From an uncultured Sphaerobacteraceae bacterium (GTDB lineage: Bacteria > Chloroflexota > Chloroflexia > Thermomicrobiales > UBA6265), in NCBI GenBank assembly GCA_964610045.1, contig CAZSUN010000005.1, positions 15,787 to 79,786 on the forward strand: 64,000 nucleotides of DNA, read 5' to 3'. The notes under the pieces are model-generated. The model did no database searches. It was not told where the DNA came from and saw only the letters and a program-made list of their open reading frames with translations. Below, piece after piece: positions 57,561 through 64,000 of this stretch (positions within the stretch are counted from its first letter, which is position 1; each line of letters starts with the position of its first letter). Both the position numbers and the translations under genes were made by a program.

Positions 57561-58355
57561 ATGGATTTGGGGCTGTCGGGAAAGGTCGCGATCGTGGCCG
57601 CTTCGAGCAAGGGACTCGGCAAGGCAACCGCGATGTGCCTCGCCCGTGAGGGGGCGCTGGTCACTGTCAATGGCCGGAAGGCCAACGAACTGACGGCAAC
57701 GGCGGCCGAAATCCGGGCCGAAACCGGCGGCGATGTGATCGAAGTACCGGGCGATCTCGCAAACTCCGCTGATTGCGTTGCGCTGGTTGAGGAAACGGTG
57801 CGGCAGCGCGGAAAGCTGGACATCCTGGTGTGCAATGCCGGCGGCCCACCAGCGGGGACGTTCGGCGACTTTCCCGACGATGCGCCATGGCTCGACGCCG
57901 TCAATCTCAACCTGATGAGCACATTGCGGATGTCCAGGGCTGCCATCCCGCACCTGGAAGCGCAGGGGGGAGGCAGCATCACCAACATCGTGTCGATATC
58001 CGTGAAGCAACCGATACCAAACCTTGTGCTTTCCAACACGGCGCGCACTGCGGTGATTGGGTTGGCGAGGTCGCTGGCGCTCGAACTCGCGCCGAAACGC
58101 ATTCGGGTCAACAACATCTGCCCAGGTTCGATCCTGACCGACCGCATCCGTTCGATGGCCGTCGCGACAGCTGAACGGAGCGGAGAAGAGATCGACCAGG
58201 TGATCGCGCGGGAGGGCGCCGCGATCCCGCTGGGTCGGCATGGTGATCCGGAGGAGTTCGGCCGCGTCGTCACCTTCTTCGCCTCCCCGGCCGCATCGTA
58301 TGTGACCGGCGCCACCGTGCAGGTCGACGGCGGGGCATACAAAGGGCTGCTCTAG
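57561..58355 (+). CDS. SDR family oxidoreductase
   Basis: VAIVAASSKGLGKA cofactor motif, NAGG, and the catalytic region of a classical SDR. GGAGG SD at 57551-57555. Confidence 0.9.
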   Translation: MDLGLSGKVAIVAASSKGLGKATAMCLAREGALVTVNGRKANELTATAAEIRAETGGDVIEVPGDLANSADCVALVEETVRQRGKLDILVCNAGGPPAGTFGDFPDDAPWLDAVNLNLMSTLRMSRAAIPHLEAQGGGSITNIVSISVKQPIPNLVLSNTARTAVIGLARSLALELAPKRIRVNNICPGSILTDRIRSMAVATAERSGEEIDQVIAREGAAIPLGRHGDPEEFGRVVTFFASPAASYVTGATVQVDGGAYKGLL

Positions 58356-58404
58356 CCGAAGTCTCGTCACCACCGGTGCCGGCGCCAGCACTCCATCTGT
58401 CTTG

Positions 58405-59826
58405 CTAGCGCAATGCTTCCAGGTCCCGTACGTCATCGCCGATCAGGGGACGAAGGAGTGGGTCGCCGAGCAGCGAACGGGCGTGCCCATGGATGCTTCT
58501 CGCGACCGTTTCGCGGGCGACCCAATGCAGCCGATCGAGGTCTTCGGGTTCCGGAGCACGGGTCATCAGGAGCGAGCGCGTCGCCGAAAGCATGACATTG
58601 GTGCGCAATACGATCGTCGGATCTCGCGCGGCGAGTTCGATGGCGTGATGTGCGGCGCCATGGATCCTGTCTTCCAAATGGCGTGGGCGCCCCTCCGAAC
58701 GGAGATACTCGCTCAACAACGCCATGGCAGAGTACGCCGCCGTGGAACCGGCCATCCCCATGTTTCCTTCGGTCATGAACCACTCTCCTGCCTCGCACAA
58801 GAGATCGTGAATCGAGGGGGTCCACCAGCCGGCGGCCGTCTGCGCGACAGCCAGGTCGTGGCTGAGAATCGCACGGTAGTGTTGGTGTTTGCGTTCGGTT
58901 CCAGGGCGCGAAGGACCGGGCCTCAGTACGTGCAACGCATTGTCCAGCCGGTCGATGCTGGCGCTGCCGGGACGGGCACGGTCGATCAACGCAAGATACT
59001 GCTGTGTCTCCAGCCAGATGTCATCGTGATGGAGGCTGTACGTCCCGAATACGCCCGGCGGGGTTACCTCAAGCGCCTTCCAGTCATGGCGCCGCCAGGT
59101 CAGACCGGGGAGGTGCATGAGCCAGGGTCCAACGTCGACATACGCCAGCTGGGCGCGGGATGGGCGCGACTCATCGGACCCGAGCCAGCGGTCGAGCCAG
59201 GTGAGCCGGATGGCAGCACTCCGCCAACGCCCGGAGTCGATCAGCGCATGCCCGAGTTGCAGGATGCCTCGCATGCACCACGACCCCAAAGCCGCGTCCT
59301 GAAGCAGCCGGAGCATTACATCGGGGCTATCCAGGACGATCTGCCAGAGGGTGGCGTTCAGGACGTGCACAGCCGGCAACGGCTGGCCAAAAAGGTCGAG
59401 GGCCAGTCCACGCTGAATGGACTGGAGCAACTCGTCGTGGTCTATGGGTGTGAGCAACGCCGATCCGGTGGCGGACAGCTGGTCATGCCACAGCCCTGCC
59501 TCAAGGAGCAGCGTCCGGACGCCGTTCGGGCTGATGCTTGCGCCTTCAATGAGTCGTGCCAATTCGCGGGCGATGCGTGACTTGCCCCAATGTGGATGCG
59601 CTTCCGCCAGACTGATCGCGGCGTCCTCGATTTCCTGGGAGATAGCCCGAGGCCGTGGCGAGGGGATTGCGGTCCAGCGATGGCCGTGCGTGCGCATCAG
59701 GGCCAGCCAACGATAGGCGGTGGTCGGGCTGGCGACCTCGGCATCGCGCATGGCGCGTCGCACATTGCCATGAGCGGCATGAGACTCGGCAAACGCAAGC
59801 TTCTGGCGCGTACGGTCGACTGGCAT
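58405..59826 (-). CDS. Hypothetical protein: IS481/integrase-type N-terminal HTH region fused to an unrecognised ~350-aa domain
   Basis: N-terminus ...SPTTAYRWLA...PSPRPRAISQEIEDAAISLAEAHPHWGKSRIAREL...ISPNGVRTLL resembles transposase/integrase HTH modules. No DDE/rve motifs are seen downstream. Start set at MPVDRTRQ. Confidence 0.6.
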   Translation of the reverse strand: MPVDRTRQKLAFAESHAAHGNVRRAMRDAEVASPTTAYRWLALMRTHGHRWTAIPSPRPRAISQEIEDAAISLAEAHPHWGKSRIARELARLIEGASISPNGVRTLLLEAGLWHDQLSATGSALLTPIDHDELLQSIQRGLALDLFGQPLPAVHVLNATLWQIVLDSPDVMLRLLQDAALGSWCMRGILQLGHALIDSGRWRSAAIRLTWLDRWLGSDESRPSRAQLAYVDVGPWLMHLPGLTWRRHDWKALEVTPPGVFGTYSLHHDDIWLETQQYLALIDRARPGSASIDRLDNALHVLRPGPSRPGTERKHQHYRAILSHDLAVAQTAAGWWTPSIHDLLCEAGEWFMTEGNMGMAGSTAAYSAMALLSEYLRSEGRPRHLEDRIHGAAHHAIELAARDPTIVLRTNVMLSATRSLLMTRAPEPEDLDRLHWVARETVARSIHGHARSLLGDPLLRPLIGDDVRDLEALR

Positions 59827-60223
59827 CGAGCACCTGGGTTCATGGCGCCGCACGACTGGAAACGGGTCCCGGAAGTTGCATTGTCGCATATGTGTACACG
59901 TGGTGTGACCAGCGTTTGCACAGGAGTGGACGATGCGACACGCTCCGTCCTGGGGAAGCTACGACGGGCCTGCCAGCTGCCGAATCCCCTGGTACATCGG
60001 ACAGCCGAATGGAACCGATGTCCAAACGAACGCGGGGCTGTGGAATGAGAACCACGGTCCCGCGTCCGTTCGTCCGGGGCTGGTGGCGAAAGGAGGCGCA
60101 TGGTATGATTCCGCGGTTGCCCGGCATCCGGGTAGTTTTGTGTGTGCCATCAATTGTGGAACATCCCAGCGCGGTTCGCTGTCAGGCCAACGATCGCGCT
60201 CAACCAGGCAAGCGAGGTTTATC

Positions 60224-60490
60224 TTGGCCAACAACAAATCTGCTGAGAAGCGAATCCGGGTTTCCGAGCGCCGCCGGCTGCGCAACCGGCCATTCCGGTC
60301 TGCCGCCCGGACCTACGTCAAGAAGGCCGAACTGGCGATCGCGAGTGGTGACCAGGTAGCCGCCGAGGAAGCTGTCCTGCAGGCGACCAGCACGCTCGAC
60401 CGTGTTGCCTCCAAGGGTGTGATTCACCCGAACAACGCGGCTCGACGCAAGTCGCGCCTCATGAAGAAGTTCAACGCCCTCAGCGCGTAG
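60224..60490 (+). CDS. rpsT: 30S ribosomal protein S20
   Basis: (TTG)[20 protein letters not shown]...[18 protein letters not shown]. The track N-terminal extension from 59933 is rejected. Confidence 0.9.
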   Translation: MANNKSAEKRIRVSERRRLRNRPFRSAARTYVKKAELAIASGDQVAAEEAVLQATSTLDRVASKGVIHPNNAARRKSRLMKKFNALSA

Positions 60491-60520
60491 TTCCGTCAGC
60501 CAAATCCGCACTTGACGATC

Positions 60521-60556
60521 AGCGCCGCTCCCACGTGAAAAACGGGGAGCGGCGCT
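60521..60556 (+). terminator. GC-rich hairpin downstream of rpsT
   Basis: AGCGCCGCTCCC-12 nt-GGGAGCGGCGCT. The downstream U-tract is poor (GTTG). Confidence 0.5.
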
Positions 60557-60701
60557 GTTGCGTAGTTGCCGGCTCAACAGCGATTCGCAAATCTGGGCGA
60601 TGTGCTTCTGACCGCTACCCTGTGGTCACGGTCGGGCTGCGGAGCTTGCTCCGCTCGTTCACGATCAGAGATCTGTGTTTCAACTTTCGCGAGAATCGCA
60701 G

Positions 60702-60724
60702 TTGATGCTATAATTTTGATGCTA
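60702..60724 (+). promoter_or_regulatory. Direct repeats TTGATGCTA x2 overlapping a TATAAT box (putative vapBC operator/promoter)
   Basis: TTGATGCTA at 60702-60710 and 60716-60724. TATAAT at 60709-60714. An unusually AT-rich patch 32 nt upstream of the antitoxin start. Confidence 0.5.
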
Positions 60725-60755
60725 AACATCCGATGCATACTGGTGGAAGGATGCC

Positions 60756-60986
60756 ATGAGAACCACCCTGACGATCGAAGACGATGTTTACGTGGTGGCA
60801 CGCGATCTGGCGGAGGAACTGGATACGACCCTCGGCAAGGCCGTCTCGATCCTTGCGCGCCGGGGATTTCGCCAGGAACAGGAGCCGACAAGGTACATCG
60901 AAGGATTTAAGCCCTTCAGAGGTCGCCCGGACGGCCCAATCGTCACCCTTGACCTGGTGAACGATCTGCTGGACGAGACTCCTTAA
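60756..60986 (+). CDS. Putative type II antitoxin (VapB-like)
   Basis: 76 aa, MRTTLTIEDDVYVVARDLAEE... N-terminus. The stop overlaps the start of the PIN toxin gene. Confidence 0.7.
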   Translation: MRTTLTIEDDVYVVARDLAEELDTTLGKAVSILARRGFRQEQEPTRYIEGFKPFRGRPDGPIVTLDLVNDLLDETP

Positions 60987-61417
60987 TGGCATGGCTCCTG
61001 GACGTCAATGTCCTGATCGCGCTCCTGTACGATCGCCACGAGTTTCACGATCGCGCATCTGCATGGTTTTTCACGGCTGGACAGCACGATTGGCGAACCT
61101 GTCCGATCACGGAAAACGGCACGCTCAGGGTCATGAGCGGACTTCGATTCCCCGACCGATTGGATATTCCCGAGATCGCCCGGAATATGCATAGCCTGAT
61201 GACGCTTTCGAAGCACCGATTCCTCGCCGATGAGGCATCCGTTCTCGACGACTCTCTCGTCGATCTCTCGATGCTCACCTCCAGCAAACAGATGACCGAT
61301 GTCTACCTGGTTGCGCTTGCTGTCCGGCGGGACGTGATTCTGGCAACGCTGGATGAACGACTGGATCCATCTCCCGTTGTCGCTGGCGCCGACCACGTGA
61401 TGCTCATCCCACGTTGA
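60986..61417 (+). CDS. vapC: PIN-domain ribonuclease toxin VapC
   Basis: LLDVNVLIAL...CPITENGTLRV...TDVYLVALAVRRDVILATLD pattern of the PIN/TIGR00028-type toxins. Confidence 0.85.
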   Translation: MAWLLDVNVLIALLYDRHEFHDRASAWFFTAGQHDWRTCPITENGTLRVMSGLRFPDRLDIPEIARNMHSLMTLSKHRFLADEASVLDDSLVDLSMLTSSKQMTDVYLVALAVRRDVILATLDERLDPSPVVAGADHVMLIPR

Positions 61418-62426
61418 GGACCTGCGACCGCAGGGTGGCGATCCGGGCGACGGCCTGGTAGAGGGCATCGACCGGGTCGCGAAGGACACCCGTCTTGATC
61501 CCGCGATCGGTTTCCTCGAGCACCCTCGCCGCCGCCGCAGCCGAACCGCGTGGCATACCTCGAACGCTCCGGGAGATTGCCGACATCCTGGCCGGGTTGG
61601 ACAACTTCAGATCCTTCCCGACCGCAACCGGGTCGCGGCCACTGGCCCGCTCCATGACGGCGGCCAGTTCGACACTCCCGGCGAACTGGGCGAGGATGCG
61701 GTGCGGGTCTTCACCGGCAGCGAGAAGCGAATCGAGCGACGGAATCGCACGGGCGATGTTCCCGGCCATCGCGGCGTCGATGAATGCGAAGACATTGTCA
61801 TTTTCGCCGGCGTCGGTCAACGCTGAGATATGCTCGTTTCTGATCGGACCGGGCAGGGAAGCCGTGACCAATTTCGCGATTTCGTTCCCGAGGGCATCCA
61901 TGTCCGGTGGCCGGTCGAAGGCGGGGTTGCGATTCCGTTCGCCCCAGGTGCCGGGGAAGAGAGTGTTCGCGAGCTGGGTGGCGGTTGGCGGGTCAATTTC
62001 TCCGCCCTCCGCCTTCGCCCGGTGCCGGATCCAGGCGATCAGGTCGCGACCGCGTGGTGGGTCGCTTGACACGACCGTTGCGTTGTTCGGCAAGAACTTC
62101 TTCAGCGCGGCAGGCAGGGTGACAACCGTCGCGTCGAGCAATACCAGGGTGGTGGAATCGGGCACGTTCCGGAGGAGACCCTCCCAACCAGCGTCTATCC
62201 CCTTCCCGGTGCCTTTGGCATGGCGAGCGATGAGGTCCTCGACAACGATAGTGCGCCCGGCGCTGAAGAATCCCACACTTGCCGCAGCCATCATGACATC
62301 GTTGACCGAGACGGATTTGCCGTCGATGGTAGTCGTGTTCTCGCCGGTGGGGTCGCTGCTGTGGACGAGATCCCGGGCAGCATGCCGGGCAAGCGCCGCA
62401 TCGGGACCGAGCACGATCGCAATCAT
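61404..62426 (-). CDS. holA: DNA polymerase III subunit delta
   Basis: MIAIVLGPDAAL...GFFSAGRTIVVED... pattern and length (340 aa). Start at ATG 62426 rather than the track 62651. The 3' end overlaps convergent vapC by 14 nt. Confidence 0.78.
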   Translation of the reverse strand: MIAIVLGPDAALARHAARDLVHSSDPTGENTTTIDGKSVSVNDVMMAAASVGFFSAGRTIVVEDLIARHAKGTGKGIDAGWEGLLRNVPDSTTLVLLDATVVTLPAALKKFLPNNATVVSSDPPRGRDLIAWIRHRAKAEGGEIDPPTATQLANTLFPGTWGERNRNPAFDRPPDMDALGNEIAKLVTASLPGPIRNEHISALTDAGENDNVFAFIDAAMAGNIARAIPSLDSLLAAGEDPHRILAQFAGSVELAAVMERASGRDPVAVGKDLKLSNPARMSAISRSVRGMPRGSAAAAARVLEETDRGIKTGVLRDPVDALYQAVARIATLRSQVLNVG

Positions 62427-62797
62427 CGGATTCCCGGCTCCTGGTCGTTGGGCAATATGTGGGTTGGATTGGCCGGACCACGCGATTCCGGATGCGATGG
62501 GGAACCTTGAACCTGCTTTCGCAGGTGGGTGCCGCGGACCACACGCGGGACACATCCCGCGGCAGAGCAGCTCCCGGTTCGGTGAGAGTTGGCTCAAGAC
62601 CACATCACGCACCCGGCAACCGCTGGCCCAGCCGAGCCGTGATCGTAGCACGGCGATCCGGACGATTCAAACGCTCAGACCCTGCGGCGAACCCCTTCGG
62701 GTCATGTACACTCGCAGCGGATTGCATAGCCGAATCGGGCGCCGGCAGTCACCGGGGATCATCGAGGTCCAGACCGGAACGCACCATTGGAGCGGGC

Positions 62798-64000
62798 ATG
62801 GCAGCGTCAGTTGAACGCGATGGGACACGCCGCGTCGTCGTCACTGGATTGGGTGGCCTCTGTGCGGTAGGAAATACGGCAGCCGAAATCTGGCAATCGG
62901 TGGCGGCCGGGAAATCCGGCATCGGTCCGATTACCAGGTTCGATGCCGAAGGGTTCGAAACGCGATTCGCCGGAGAGGTGAAGGGGTTCGACCCTGCCGA
63001 ACGGGTTGGCCGCAAGGAAAGCCGGAGGATGGATCGCTACGCCCAGCTGTCTGTTGCTGCGGTCCGGGAAGCGGTTGCCCAGTCGGGGCTCGATATTCCA
63101 TCTATTGCGGAACGTGTCGGAGTCCTTTGCGGCACCGGCATGGGTGGGATGGAAACCCTGGAAGCCGGAACCGAGACCTTGCTGACCAGCGGACCCAAAC
63201 GCGTGTCCCCATTCTTCATCCCGATGATGCTGTCAAACATGGCCTCCGGCAACGTCTCGATCGATATCGGGGCAAAGGGTCCAAACTTCTCGACTGTTTC
63301 GGCGTGCGCCAGTTCGGCGCATTCGCTTGGCGAAGCCACCCTGATGATCCGGAATGGCTACGCCGATGCCATGGTTGCCGGTGGCGGCGAGGCGGCGGTG
63401 ACCCGGATGGGCATCGGCGGTTTCAATGCGATGGGCGCCCTCTCGACCCGCAACGACGCACCTGAGAAAGCGAGTCGTCCGTTCGATCTCGACCGCGACG
63501 GCTTCGTGCTTGCCGAGGGTGCGGCGATCCTCATCCTCGAAGAGCGGCAGCACGCGATCGACCGGGGGGCGACGATCCTGGCGGAGGTCACCGGGTACGC
63601 CACGACCGACGACGCGAACCATATGGTGCAACCGGCGCCGGGCGGCGAGGGCGCTGCCCGCGCGATGTCGCTCGCGCTCGCCGATGCCGGGCTGGATCCG
63701 GACGACATCGACTACATCAATGCGCACGGGACGTCGACGCAGCTCAACGAAAAGCTGGAGACCCAGGCCGTGCAGCGCGTGTTCGGGACCCGAGCCAGCA
63801 CCGTGCCCATCAGCTCCACAAAGTCGATGACCGGGCACCTGCTCGGCGCCGCGGGTTCGCTCGAAGCATTGATCACGATTGCCGCCATGCAGGCGAGCGT
63901 GCTGCCTCCGACAATCAACCAGGAGACTCCGGACCCCGATTGTCCGCTCGACACCGTCCCGAACGTCGCGCGTCCTGGTGAAATCCGGCATGCCATGTCG
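62798..64000 (+). CDS. fabF: Beta-ketoacyl-ACP synthase II (5' partial, runs off window; absent from ORF track)
   Basis: Hand translation from ATG 62798 (GGAG at 62789-62792) gives MAASVERDGTRRVVVTGLGGLCAVGNTAAEIW...TRFAGEV... Active-site STVSACASSAHSLGEA. C-terminal ...KSMTGHLLGAAGSLEA. In frame through 64000 with no stop. Confidence 0.9.
   Translation, partial: MAASVERDGTRRVVVTGLGGLCAVGNTAAEIWQSVAAGKSGIGPITRFDAEGFETRFAGEVKGFDPAERVGRKESRRMDRYAQLSVAAVREAVAQSGLDIPSIAERVGVLCGTGMGGMETLEAGTETLLTSGPKRVSPFFIPMMLSNMASGNVSIDIGAKGPNFSTVSACASSAHSLGEATLMIRNGYADAMVAGGGEAAVTRMGIGGFNAMGALSTRNDAPEKASRPFDLDRDGFVLAEGAAILILEERQHAIDRGATILAEVTGYATTDDANHMVQPAPGGEGAARAMSLALADAGLDPDDIDYINAHGTSTQLNEKLETQAVQRVFGTRASTVPISSTKSMTGHLLGAAGSLEALITIAAMQASVLPPTINQETPDPDCPLDTVPNVARPGEIRHAMS

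Noticed and set aside
58125-58134. tRNA T-arm-like GGTTCGATCC
   Set aside because: It lies inside the SDR coding sequence (…NICPGSILTDR…), with no flanking acceptor or anticodon stems.

Overview
High-GC bacterial chromosomal segment, densely packed with about 63 protein genes, most of them housekeeping. I found no rRNA, tRNA, CRISPR array or intact IS/transposase.

Recognisable content, left to right:
- ksgA-ispE operon, DUF952, fpg, an M42 peptidase, and a 720-aa protein with an XPB-N-terminal-like module.
- gltX, a histidine phosphatase, a VOC protein, a SelA-like PLP enzyme plus RidA.
- yebC-ruvC-tlyA-larB.
- A vapBC pair whose toxin is frameshifted, then a serine hydrolase.
- rodA-hbd-mutase B12 subunit-meaB (minus strand).
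- nfeD-flotillin, then DUF3090.
- A 9.7-kb ilvBNC-leuA-(methyltransferase)-leuCD-leuB operon.
- A BBE-type FAD oxidase and parAB.
- PAP2_C and an F420-type PPOX protein, guaB, a second soj/parA, an L,D-transpeptidase, pyrF.
- A threonine dehydratase coupled to a TPR protein, then a 792-aa PP2C-like/TM/propeller-like protein.
- Ferredoxin, a TPP enzyme, a PIG-V-like glycosyltransferase, an SDR, an HTH-fusion protein, rpsT, an intact vapBC, holA, and the 5' part of fabF.

Gene content (F420-PPOX, DUF3090, PIG-V-like GT, split mutase) suggests a Chloroflexota (Thermomicrobia-like) or actinobacterium-like lineage, but that is a low-confidence inference.

I did not find a convincing novel multi-gene system such as a defence island. 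The most interesting signals are small and are not in the supplied ORF track:
1. An unlisted Leu/Ile/Val-rich 33-codon leader ORF with alternative hairpins and a terminator upstream of ilvB, i.e. a classical attenuator architecture.
2. A near-consensus promoter, a strong-SD 32-codon sORF and an intrinsic terminator upstream of a small orphan gene next to parAB.
3. A dispersed GTCATTCCGAG...GAGGAATC repeat family at operon boundaries.
4. A SAM methyltransferase embedded in the leu operon.
5. Two parA paralogs with one parB.
6. Several large orphan proteins.

All functional calls come from by-eye motif recognition, not database searches.
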